Source of the DNA: Oscillospiraceae bacterium
GTDB lineage: Bacteria; Bacillota; Clostridia; Oscillospirales; Oscillospiraceae
Assembly: GCA_017631155.1 (NCBI GenBank)
Contig: JAGBTV010000021.1
Coordinates: forward strand, 4-64,003
Reading direction: 5' to 3'
Length of the DNA: 64,000 bases
Part shown: in pieces, positions 54,001 to 62,104 of the stretch
Position numbering within the stretch: position 1 is the first letter of the stretch
How the letters are laid out: each line of letters starts with the position of its first letter
Program-made: the position numbers and the translations under genes
Notes under the pieces: generated by a model
Told to the model about the DNA's origin: nothing
What the model saw: only the letters and a program-made list of their open reading frames with translations
Database searches by the model: none

Positions 54001-54422
54001 TCGTCCACCAGGGCTTCCAGCTGCCACTGATGGGTGTATAACTCTGTCAGAATTTGCACCCGGTGTTGAATAATGAGACTGGTGTAGGGCTTGTGGACCA
54101 CATCGGCCACACCCATCATAAAGGCCATTTCCTCCCGCTGACCGGTGCCCACAGGGGTTACCAAAGAAACAACCGGAATGGCATGGCGATCCGCAGGCTT
54201 GGCAGCTTCCACCAAATCCCGCAAGGCGGAGCCGTCGGAAAGCGGCAGGTCTGCTACCACGGCTGCAATATAGTTGGCATTCTGCTCTAAAAGCATGGCG
54301 GCCTGAGGGACATCCTCTGCTTCCAGTAAATAGTAATGGGGTTCAAAAATGGTATAGAGATTGCGGCGGTCACTGTTTGCACCGCCGACAAGGAGCAAGG
54401 TATCTTTCATCCGGGTCTTCAT
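51009..54422 (-). CDS. c-di-GMP signalling protein: REC-like, HD-GYP, PAS domains, GGDEF, GAF
   Basis: ALHDIGK and HHERWDGRGYP; VHPED/VHPDD PAS motifs; DLDNFKSINDTLGH, RSHD I-site, GGDEF; C-terminal GAF (SRVYIFE..GFDEC). Confidence 0.92.
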   Translation of the reverse strand: MKTRMKDTLLLVGGANSDRRNLYTIFEPHYYLLEAEDVPQAAMLLEQNANYIAAVVADLPLSDGSALRDLVEAAKPADRHAIPVVSLVTPVGTGQREEMAFMMGVADVVHKPYTSLIIQHRVQILTELYTHQWQLEALVDEQSHAIRKNNQTMVDTLSSIIEYRSTESGNHVLRLRRFTQVLLQEVSRCCPEYQLDEYVIDRISSAAALHDIGKISIPDSILTKPGKLTTEEFELMKTHTTVGAQLTEQIGDIGDPMYLRYIYNICLSHHERWDGRGYPQGLKGDDIPICAQVVGLADAYDALTSARVYKPPFTHKEAVNMILNGECGVFSPKLLECFKRVRGTFAELSTQYSDGYSPKSDQISLPLPAPVRKEHPLTALELSHLKYQTVLHHLSDTVIELDVSHHNYHVIYNPNPDFFSFFQNASFEEMSARLMADGVHPEDTESMDSLRSHLRQLLFEQNQRKHSFRCQIYSHLYQRSFPYEVTLLRVNTDIPEQRIVLAIFHNLQNEVADEHPAYLGSVPDLSLFYGLSGGALCCQPDEVMTILRGGGSIFPLVGYSAQQIETQFENSLLAMVHPEDRADFITVLTENSRSLSPWECSFRLLRNGQDPVWVLCKGRQAVDPQGQEICTLVLTDITWLKEKERWLESRAALHQALMGLSEGVVIEWDLNTKQLSCSDRWMQMFGYPMSIAEFTPGAVSHVHPDDIPLLQHQMRHLMTSNQSGVVDLRIANSEGRYLWCRLRAKAIRNDAGEVLRITAILYDIDELKRDALTMRKQAERDSLTRLLNKSSAQQQVIDYLKNRAPDTKAALLIMDLDNFKSINDTLGHLYGDAVLTQIGSTLQNFFRSHDILGRIGGDEFIILLKDIPNRELVEERCQLLVDTFREMLHKLMPKLQISVSVGAALVPKHGTDYAELFHHADEALYAAKRAGKSQYHIYSAKDAYQALSEETIHTRIDSDEQPSLLGETLMRFVFHRLYESRDIDATINVLLAYIGTQFNVSRVYIFENNDDNTTCSNTFEWCNEGIQPEKDNLQNLSYLTDLAGWPDVYKDNGVLYCADVSELEPRFRNILEPQGIKSMLHCAIMDRGVFRGYVGFDECTANYLWTQEQISMLQFMAEVLAVFLIKHRSVDSKNSEK

Positions 54423-54647
54423 ATGTTGCCCTCCGGTTTTCTATGTTAATTTTATCATAACAGAGGAAAAAACAGATTGCAAGCAACTTTTTGCGCCTGG
54501 TTGCGGAAAGTAATGCCGGTTATTTTCTTGGTAAAATAAAATTTTCAAAAAGTTGTGTAAATCTTCAAAATTTAACCGTTCCTGTAACCGGGGCATGATA
54601 TAACTAAGCCATAAAACAGAGCGCATGATTTGGAAAGGGGGGATCCC

Positions 54648-55067
54648 ATGGCAATAAGCGGATACAGCGAAGAGTACCGAACCACATTGGTTTGTGTAGA
54701 TTCCTATCACAAGGGAGTTCCGCAAGGCAGGTTCTACAACCCATATATGGCTGCGGAACAAACCTTTCAAAGCTTGACTCAGTTTTTGCAGGGTATGGAA
54801 AGAACCTTGGAAATGATGGATTTTCCGAAAGCGTTTACAGCGACACGAACCTTTGCACCGCTTCCGGATCACACCACAGGACCACCTCTGAGTCAATCTA
54901 GGCCGGGAACCCAGGCAACCTTCGCAATCAAGATTCTTTTCCGACAAAACGCCAGCTGGCAAGGGTCAATTACCTGGCTGGAAGGGAAAAGGGAGCAAAG
55001 CTTCCGAAGTGTGCTGGAGCTGATCCTACTGATGAGCACAGCGATGGAGACCCAACAAGCATCCTAA
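54648..55067 (+). CDS. Hypothetical protein with internal duplication
   Basis: G-rich RBS; CVDSY..QTFQSLTQFL and FRQNASWQG..QSFRSVLELI halves. Confidence 0.75.
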   Translation: MAISGYSEEYRTTLVCVDSYHKGVPQGRFYNPYMAAEQTFQSLTQFLQGMERTLEMMDFPKAFTATRTFAPLPDHTTGPPLSQSRPGTQATFAIKILFRQNASWQGSITWLEGKREQSFRSVLELILLMSTAMETQQAS

Positions 55068-55109
55068 AAAAGAAAAAATAAAATTGTAAACCATTGGAAG
55101 AAAGTATTG

Positions 55110-55190
55110 AAAATGGCAAACTGCCCGAAAGGACAGGACGCAAAGCAAGCGGGCTAAGGCTGAAAAGCTAGGCTGGCGCGGCTGCCGATA
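55110..55190 (+). ncRNA. c-di-GMP-I (GEMM) riboswitch
   Basis: GGCAAAC-ugcc-cGAAAg-gacag-GACGCAAAGC..GGGCUAAGGC-ugaaaa-GCUAG..GGCUGCC: GNRA loop, UAAG/UAG receptor, conserved GACGCAAA; 5' leader of the adhesin gene. Confidence 0.88.
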
Positions 55191-55225
55191 TTTTGTTTCC
55201 CCCAAATTGAAAGGAGAACAAAATA

Positions 55226-58200
55226 ATGGCAAAGAAGATTATCAACAAGAGAGTTATCGCAATCCTGCTGACTTTGGTCATGCTGGTTAACGGCTTCCAG
55301 ATCATCGGCACCGCCGCAGAAAGTGACGAGTTTTCTCTGGTGAGAAATTACGCAGACACCTACTACAAGCAGGACGGCTCCGTCGGTTCTGCCTCCGACT
55401 GGGAGATCCATCTGTCCAAGACGGCAAAGCCCACCGGTGTAGATAATGTATTTGATATCACCCTGAAGGTCGAGACCAAGGACACCTCTATTCAGACTGC
55501 CGGTACCACCAACGGTGCGGTGGTTCTGGTGTTGGATGTCTCCAACTCCATGGACGATAAGGACGGCTCCGGTTGTGCCGTGGACGGCTGCGACAAGCAA
55601 AGAGACAGCAATGTCCATTGCGTGGAGTTCGAAAAGCGGAACTGGAGCAGCTCCTGCAAGAACTGTGGTGAAGCAGAAAGCGCACACAGCAATCACCACG
55701 CTTATGTGGAAAGCAAGACCCGCTTGGAAAATCTGCAGGATGCGGTTGCAGCATTCCTGAATGTGTTTGCCAGCGATGCAGCAGCAGGTGAGAAGCGGAT
55801 GGTTGCCGTGGCTGTCTTCGGTACCGACGCAGTCACCATTCAGGATTGGGTGGACGTTACCAATGATGCCGCCTGCGCTAACCTGATCAGCAAAATCAAC
55901 TCCCTCTCCACCGGCAACGGTGCTTACATGGGTAAGACCTACCTGACCAACGGCGGCACCAACATGGAAGCCGGTCTGGTCCTCGGCCGCAACCTGCTGC
56001 AGAATGCAGCTGCTCTGGCAGGTATTCCTGTAGAAAACCAGAGTCTGATCCTCTTCAGTGACGGTGAGCCCACAGCCCGGGTAGGCAATGTAAATAACAC
56101 CTCCACCGAGAAGGTCAACTACGGCGGCTCCGATACCGGCACCAAAACCGACAGTGTTGACTACGACGATATTTCCGCTATTCTGAAGAGCGTTTCCGCA
56201 GCGAAGATCGCTGTGAAGTATAACTACAATGACAACAGCGGTGTCCTGAAGACTCCGCCCTTCACCCGGGTTATCAGCAGCGACGCCGACACTCTGTCCG
56301 TTGACCTGCAAGGCGAGGCAGGCAAGGTTATCACCAGCAAGACCAACGCCTCCACCGTCACCGATCCCATGGGCACCGGTGTTTCCATGGTCAGTGTGAC
56401 CACTGGCTACAACGAGTTCACTGAGAAGTGGAATCTGGCCAAGTTTACTCCCGTGATCGCCAATGGCATCACCACCTACACCATTACCTATCAGGTCGAG
56501 ATTGACCCCATGGCGGCAGAGCTGGATAGCCAATATCCTGGCTATACCGTTTTGACTCCTGCCAATGGCGAGACCACCCTGAACTACACCTACGGCGAGC
56601 AGGAAATTCCCGTCAATGCCGACTTCAACGAGCCTGACATTCGCGGTGTCCGCACCTTTACTGTCAGCTATGCGTATGTAGGCGAAGTTCCCGAGAACGC
56701 ACCCGAAGTTCCTGTAACCCAGACCTATAAGGCCGGTGTTTCCGTGAAGGTTGCCGGTATCCCCGCTCTGAAGAACTACACCTTCTCCGGTTGGAGCAAG
56801 TCCGACTTCGTAATGCCCGCTGAGGATGTTGTGATCGTCGGCTCCTGGACTGAGAATGCCAAGTACGACTACAGCCTGACCTACAATGCCAACTTTGGCG
56901 AAAACGAAACCAAGGCAGATGCTGAGAATGTTACCAGCACCTACGCTGTGTCTCACAACATTACTGTGGATACCAACACCTTCGTTCGTGAAAACTATAC
57001 CTTCGTCGGCTGGAATACTGAAGCTGACGGCTCCGGCAAGACCTATGTAGCAGACAACACTGTAGCTCTGACTGCTGCAAACAACACAGAAGTTCTGTAC
57101 GCACAGTGGGTTGAGAATACCAAGTATGCCTACACTGTGATCTACAACGCCAACTTTGGCGAGAATGAGACCAAGGCAGATGCCGAGAATGTTACCGGCA
57201 CCTATGCAACCGAGTACACCATCGGTGTGGATGCCAACAACTTCTCCCGCCCCAACCACACCTTCATCGGCTGGTCCGCCGAACCTGACGGCGAAGTAAT
57301 TTACAACGCCGGCGACAGCATCCACTTCGTAGAAGGTGGCGAGGAAGTCCTGTACGCTCAGTGGATCGAGCATACCAAGTACAGCTATACTGTGATCTAC
57401 AACGCAAACGGCGGTGTCCTGGCAAACGGCAGCCTGTCTTACGGCGACAGCCAGAATGTCCAGGAAACCTACAGCACCACCCACAATGTGGATGTGGATG
57501 CCAACACCTTCCTCCGCGAAAACTACACCTTCACCGGCTGGAACACCAAGGCTGACGGCACCGGCAAGGCCTACGCTGCCAACGATGTCATCGCCCTGAC
57601 AGCTACGAATAACACCGAAACCCTGTATGCCCAGTGGATCGAGAACCCCAAGTACGACTACAGCGTGATCTACAACGCCAACTTTGGTTCCAACGAGACC
57701 AAGGCAGATGCCGAGAATGTTACCGGTATCTATGAGACCGCTTACAACATCGGCGTGAATGAAAATACCTTTGTTCGTGAAAACTACACCTTCACCGGCT
57801 GGAACACCGAAGCTGACGGCACCGGCACCGCTTACGCTGCCAACGATGTCATCGGCCTGACTGCTGCTAACAACACCGAAACCCTGTACGCTCAGTGGGA
57901 AATCAACACCTATGACTACACCGTGAACTACTGGGTCAGAGTCAACGAGGAAGCTTATGTGGTCTTCTCCGGTGACCTGGAAGGCGCACCTGTCGGTGAG
58001 AAGGTTGCCTTCGGTACCGTCGTCGACCAGGCTTACCTGGAAGCTTTGGGCTTGCCCGAGACGCTGACCGATGCCGAGCACACCTACGACCTTGCCGTTT
58101 TCCAGGGCGTGGTTGTTGCAGAAACTGAGAATGTTGTCAATGTTTACTACGCCTGCGTAGTGGAAGAGGAAGTCGAGATCCCTGAGACTCCCGAGGATGT

Positions 58201-58369
58201 AGAGATTCCCGATGAGGATGTCCCCCTGGGCGGTCAGCCTGACGATGTCCTCCCCAAGACCGGTGACCCCATCTATATCTACATCGGTTCTGCCGCTGTA
58301 TCCGCTGCCGGTTTGGCAGGCCTGTTCCTGGTCAGAAGAAAGAAAGAGGAAGAGATTGAGGAAGAATAA
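55226..58369 (+). CDS. Sortase-anchored surface adhesin: VWA domain plus InlB B-type (Listeria-Bacteroides) repeats
   Basis: Signal peptide; MIDAS VLDVSNSM, GGTNMEAGL, LFSDGEP; repeats YNAN..F.GWNT.ADG.G..LYAQW; LPKTG + TM + RRKK. Confidence 0.9.
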   Translation: MAKKIINKRVIAILLTLVMLVNGFQIIGTAAESDEFSLVRNYADTYYKQDGSVGSASDWEIHLSKTAKPTGVDNVFDITLKVETKDTSIQTAGTTNGAVVLVLDVSNSMDDKDGSGCAVDGCDKQRDSNVHCVEFEKRNWSSSCKNCGEAESAHSNHHAYVESKTRLENLQDAVAAFLNVFASDAAAGEKRMVAVAVFGTDAVTIQDWVDVTNDAACANLISKINSLSTGNGAYMGKTYLTNGGTNMEAGLVLGRNLLQNAAALAGIPVENQSLILFSDGEPTARVGNVNNTSTEKVNYGGSDTGTKTDSVDYDDISAILKSVSAAKIAVKYNYNDNSGVLKTPPFTRVISSDADTLSVDLQGEAGKVITSKTNASTVTDPMGTGVSMVSVTTGYNEFTEKWNLAKFTPVIANGITTYTITYQVEIDPMAAELDSQYPGYTVLTPANGETTLNYTYGEQEIPVNADFNEPDIRGVRTFTVSYAYVGEVPENAPEVPVTQTYKAGVSVKVAGIPALKNYTFSGWSKSDFVMPAEDVVIVGSWTENAKYDYSLTYNANFGENETKADAENVTSTYAVSHNITVDTNTFVRENYTFVGWNTEADGSGKTYVADNTVALTAANNTEVLYAQWVENTKYAYTVIYNANFGENETKADAENVTGTYATEYTIGVDANNFSRPNHTFIGWSAEPDGEVIYNAGDSIHFVEGGEEVLYAQWIEHTKYSYTVIYNANGGVLANGSLSYGDSQNVQETYSTTHNVDVDANTFLRENYTFTGWNTKADGTGKAYAANDVIALTATNNTETLYAQWIENPKYDYSVIYNANFGSNETKADAENVTGIYETAYNIGVNENTFVRENYTFTGWNTEADGTGTAYAANDVIGLTAANNTETLYAQWEINTYDYTVNYWVRVNEEAYVVFSGDLEGAPVGEKVAFGTVVDQAYLEALGLPETLTDAEHTYDLAVFQGVVVAETENVVNVYYACVVEEEVEIPETPEDVEIPDEDVPLGGQPDDVLPKTGDPIYIYIGSAAVSAAGLAGLFLVRRKKEEEIEEE
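56860..57900 (+). repeat. Four intragenic ~240-280 bp B-repeat units with DNA-level identity blocks
   Basis: Block tacaaYgccaactttgg..accaaggcagatgcYgagaatgttacc recurs near 56882, 57142 and 57671; block gaaaactaYaccttc..ggctggaaYac..gctgacggc recurs near 56990, 57518 and 57779. Confidence 0.85.
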
Positions 58370-58397
58370 TAGATAAAAAATTAACACTACAACAAAG

Positions 58398-58464
58398 AAA
58401 ATCCCCGAGCCAGTGGCTCGGGGATTTTCAAAGCAAAACGGCGTCGGAAAACCGACGCCGTATT
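58398..58464. terminator. Two tandem terminator hairpins between convergent adhesin and rpmB
   Basis: AAAATCCCCGAGCCA-g-TGGCTCGGGGATTTT and ACGGCGTCGG-aaaa-CCGACGCCGT. Confidence 0.8.
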
Positions 58465-58475
58465 GTTTATTGCAA

Positions 58476-58664
58476 TTAGATGGCCCGCTCGACCTTGTTG
58501 GAGCGGAGGCATCTGGTACAAGCGTACACATGGCACGCAGTTCCGTTGACAACCGCCTTAACCCGCTTTACGTTGGGCTTCCAGGTACGGTTGGAGCGTC
58601 TGTGGGAGTGGGAAACCTTAATACCGAAAGTTACACCCTTGCCACAAAAATCACACTTAGCCAT
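58476..58664 (-). CDS. rpmB: 50S ribosomal protein L28 (zinc-binding form)
   Basis: MAKCDFCGK..VSHSHRRSNRTWKPN..CTRCLRS; GGAGGTG RBS. Confidence 0.97.
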   Translation of the reverse strand: MAKCDFCGKGVTFGIKVSHSHRRSNRTWKPNVKRVKAVVNGTACHVYACTRCLRSNKVERAI

Positions 58665-58839
58665 TCACTGCACCTCCTATCCGAACGAATCATAAATATA
58701 CTACTTTCGCAGTCGCTTAGATATGATAGCAGAGTTTTCAAAAAAAAGCAAGTGTTTTTTTGCTTTTTTTCAAAATTATGTTGATATTACTTGGGTTCAC
58801 AGGTATAATGGCAATAAATAAAAGAAAGGAGTGGGGCAA

Positions 58840-59787
58840 ATGTCTGATGTTTACACAGTTCTGTTGACAACACTGGTTGAGGAGTTTCGCTTGGAAGTGA
58901 TTTTTCGATCCTCGGACTATGAAACCATTCAGTTAACGGTGGAAGATGTGGCCCGCCCTGCCTTGCAGGTTGCAGGGTATTTTGATCACTTTGAGCCTGT
59001 GCGTTTGCAGGTTCTCGGCAATGTGGAGATGAGTTATTTGCGAAAACTCAGCTCCCAGGAACGGTTGAAGACATTTGATCGCCTGTTTTCCTATAAGATT
59101 CCCGCACTGGTACTGGCCAGAAACTTTGAGCCGGACAGCGAATGTTTGGAAATGGCGAAAAAACATAATGTGACCCTGCTTCGCAGCCAGGAAACCACAT
59201 CTTCCCTGATTTCCGGTATCATCACCAGCCTGCGGGCCAAGCTTGCCCCCCGGATCACCCGCCACGGTGTTTTGGTGGAGGTCTACGGTGAAGGCTTGCT
59301 TCTCATTGGTGACAGCGGTATCGGCAAAAGTGAGGCCGCAGTGGAGCTTCTGAAGCGCGGACACCGTCTGATCGCAGATGATGCAGTGGAGATTCGTAAG
59401 ATTTCCGGCAGTACCCTGGTGGGTAACGCACCGGATATGATCCGCAATTATATTGAGCTGCGTGGTATCGGCATTATCAATGTGGCAAAGCTGTTTGGTA
59501 TGGGTGCCGTCCGTGCAGAAAATGAGATCAATCTGGTGGTCAATATTGTACCCTGGAAGAACCAGGAGGTCTATGACCGGTTGGGACTGGAAAATCAGTA
59601 TATGGAACTGATGGGCGTCAAGATCCCTATGAATACCATCCCCATCACGCCGGGACGAAACCTGGCGGTGATTTTGGAAGTGGCGGCTATGAATAACCGA
59701 CAAAGGAAAATGGGCTATAATGCAGCGGTGGAGTTTACCGAGCAGATTAACCGTCGTTTTGACGATCAAACTGGTACAGCCCTATGA
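58840..59787 (+). CDS. hprK: HPr kinase/phosphorylase
   Basis: HGVLVEVYGEG, GDSGIGKSE, GHRLIADD, ELRGIGII, PGRNLA. Confidence 0.96.
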   Translation: MSDVYTVLLTTLVEEFRLEVIFRSSDYETIQLTVEDVARPALQVAGYFDHFEPVRLQVLGNVEMSYLRKLSSQERLKTFDRLFSYKIPALVLARNFEPDSECLEMAKKHNVTLLRSQETTSSLISGIITSLRAKLAPRITRHGVLVEVYGEGLLLIGDSGIGKSEAAVELLKRGHRLIADDAVEIRKISGSTLVGNAPDMIRNYIELRGIGIINVAKLFGMGAVRAENEINLVVNIVPWKNQEVYDRLGLENQYMELMGVKIPMNTIPITPGRNLAVILEVAAMNNRQRKMGYNAAVEFTEQINRRFDDQTGTAL

Positions 59788-60749
59788 AAGAAATTACCAT
59801 AGGCAGTAACGATGCAGGGCAGCGGCTGGATCGGTTTTTAAGCAAGGCGGTTCCATTGCTTCCGGCATCCCTGGCGCAAAAGTATATTCGCCTGAAGCGG
59901 ATCAAATTGAACGGCGGCCGCGCCCAGCGGGATAGTCGACTCCAGACGGGGGATCTGCTGCAGCTTTATATTAACGACGAGTTTTTCGACAAACCCCGGG
60001 AGGATAATGCCTTTTTAACGGTGGCAGTCCCGAAGCTCCAAATCGTCTATGAGGACGAGCATATCTTGCTGGCGGATAAACGCCCGGGACTTGCGGTCCA
60101 TCCCCATGACGGGGCTGAGTACGGAAAAACCCTCATCGACCATATCCAGGCTTATTTGTATCAAAAACGGGAGTGGAGGCCCCGGGAGGAAAATTCCTTC
60201 ACTCCGGCGCTGTGTAACCGAATCGACCGCAATACCGGCGGTATCGTCATTGCGGCAAAAACGGCAGATGCCTTGCGGATCTTAAACCAAAAGATCAAGG
60301 ACCGGGAACTGGATAAGCGGTATCTTGCCATCGTGGAGGGAATACCCAAGCCCAAAGAGGGGAGCCTGAAGGGTTATCTTTTTAAGGATGCCAAGAAAAA
60401 CCGGGTATTTGTAACGGATTCTCCTCAGCCGGGTTCGAAAACCTGCCAAACCAATTATAAGACGCTGGCCTCTCAAAACGGCCTGTCTTTGGTGGAATGT
60501 GAACTTATCACCGGCAGAACGCACCAAATCCGTGCCCAATTTGCCCATGCCGGCCATCCGCTTTTGGGGGATGGTAAGTATGGCAAGCTGAATAAGCGGT
60601 TCGACCGAAATTATCAGGCGTTGTATTCTTATAAGCTGACCTTCGATTTTTCTACAGATGCCGGTGTTTTGGCCTACCTGAACGGAAAGCAATTTTCTGT
60701 TTCTCATGTGGATTTTGTGGAAGAATATTTCCCGGAAGTAAAAATATAA
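59784..60749 (+). CDS. RluA family pseudouridine synthase with S4 domain
   Basis: GQRLDRFL, NRIDRNTGG, TGRTHQIR, LLGDGKYG. Confidence 0.94.
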   Translation: MKEITIGSNDAGQRLDRFLSKAVPLLPASLAQKYIRLKRIKLNGGRAQRDSRLQTGDLLQLYINDEFFDKPREDNAFLTVAVPKLQIVYEDEHILLADKRPGLAVHPHDGAEYGKTLIDHIQAYLYQKREWRPREENSFTPALCNRIDRNTGGIVIAAKTADALRILNQKIKDRELDKRYLAIVEGIPKPKEGSLKGYLFKDAKKNRVFVTDSPQPGSKTCQTNYKTLASQNGLSLVECELITGRTHQIRAQFAHAGHPLLGDGKYGKLNKRFDRNYQALYSYKLTFDFSTDAGVLAYLNGKQFSVSHVDFVEEYFPEVKI

Positions 60750-60750
60750 G

Positions 60751-60789
60751 AAAATGGCACACTCTTTTGCGGAGTGTGCCACTTTTTTT
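60751..60789. terminator. Bidirectional terminator
   Basis: TGGCACACTC..GAGTGTGCCA flanked by A and T runs. Confidence 0.75.
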
Positions 60790-61837
60790 AGTCTTTCAAA
60801 ACAGTTGTAATGATGCCACCGCCGATTACCAAATCCCCATCGTAAAGTACCACAGCCTGCCCCGGGGTGATGGCTCTCTGAGGCTCCTCAAAAACCACCC
60901 GTACAGTTCCGTCATCCAGGGGATAGACCCAGGCAGGCTGCTCTGTCATACGGGAACGGGCTCTTGCCTTGACGCGCATAGGCTCTGTGAGGGCGTCAAA
61001 GGGGAACCAGCTCCAGTTTGATGCCAACAATTCTTTGTGATACAAGGCTTCGTTAGGTCCCACTGTAACAGTGTTGGCAGCCATGTCCTTATCACAAACA
61101 TAGACAGGCTCGCCCAGGGCGATGCCAAGCCCCTTGCGCTGCCCTAAGGTGTAGGCAACTGCACCTTTGTGTTGACCTACTGTATTTCCCTTCAGATCTA
61201 AAAAGCTGCCTTCCGGATAGGCTTTTCCGGTGTAACGCTGAATGAATCCGTAAAAATCCCCGTCTGGAACGAAGCAAATATCCTGACTATCCCGTTTCCT
61301 GGCATTGATAAAACCTTGTTCCTCAGCGATTTGGCGGGCTTGCTCCTTGGTAAATGCGCCAAGAGGGAATTGGGCATGCCGCAGCTGCTCCTGGGTCAAT
61401 AAGCCTAAAAAGTAGCTTTGATCCTTAGTCTCATCCACAGCTTTGTATAGAAGATGTCGTCCGGAGCCGGAGTCAGGAAAAATTCTGGCATAGTGTCCTG
61501 TGACTATGCTGTCACAACCAAGCTCCCGGGCTTTTTCTAAAAAACGGTGGAACTTCAAATGCCGGTTGCAGGTAACACAGGGATTCGGTGTTAAGCCGGC
61601 TTCGTAGCAGCGAATGAAATCCTCAATGACATGCTGTCGAAAATCTTCCCGTAAATCGAATACATGGAAGGGCATATGGAGCCTCTCGGCAATTTTTCGG
61701 GCATCTTCAATATCCTGAGACCCGTCAGTATGAAGCTGCATGGTAGCTCCGCAGCATGAAAAGCCTGCTTGCTGGGTCAAATAGGCGGCGACAGAACTGT
61801 CTACACCGCCGCTCATGGCGATCATGGCTTGGGACAT
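60788..61837 (-). CDS. mnmA: tRNA 2-thiouridine(34) synthase
   Basis: AMSGGVDSS, TPNPCVTCN, TGHYA, KDQSYFL, SQDICF, TLGQRKG, TPGQ. Confidence 0.96.
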   Translation of the reverse strand: MSQAMIAMSGGVDSSVAAYLTQQAGFSCCGATMQLHTDGSQDIEDARKIAERLHMPFHVFDLREDFRQHVIEDFIRCYEAGLTPNPCVTCNRHLKFHRFLEKARELGCDSIVTGHYARIFPDSGSGRHLLYKAVDETKDQSYFLGLLTQEQLRHAQFPLGAFTKEQARQIAEEQGFINARKRDSQDICFVPDGDFYGFIQRYTGKAYPEGSFLDLKGNTVGQHKGAVAYTLGQRKGLGIALGEPVYVCDKDMAANTVTVGPNEALYHKELLASNWSWFPFDALTEPMRVKARARSRMTEQPAWVYPLDDGTVRVVFEEPQRAITPGQAVVLYDGDLVIGGGIITTVLKD

Positions 61838-62039
61838 AAAGATACCCTCCTTTCCGGTTTTCTTCAGTTTATCATATCCCGGGTAGGAAAGCAAACCTTT
61901 TTGTGGGAAGATCCACGCAAAACTGTTTCCAAATTACGAAAAGCCGACAGAAAATACCAGAAATGTATATAATTCCTGCTGTTTCGAAACTTTTAGACAC
62001 AATAATAGATTACAATATGTAATATTTTTGAAAAAGTCC

Positions 62040-62068
62040 TTGCAAAAAAGGGAAATCTCTGTTATAAT
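62040..62068 (+). promoter_or_regulatory. SigA promoter
   Basis: TTGCAA-17 nt-TATAAT with TG extended -10. Confidence 0.75.
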
Positions 62069-62104
62069 GTCGAAAAGAAACATTTTTGGAAGGAGCAAGA
62101 AATC

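Noticed and set aside
55154-58552. 1132-aa minus-strand ORF opposite the adhesin
   Set aside because: Mirror of the repetitive sense gene; also overlaps the riboswitch and rpmB.
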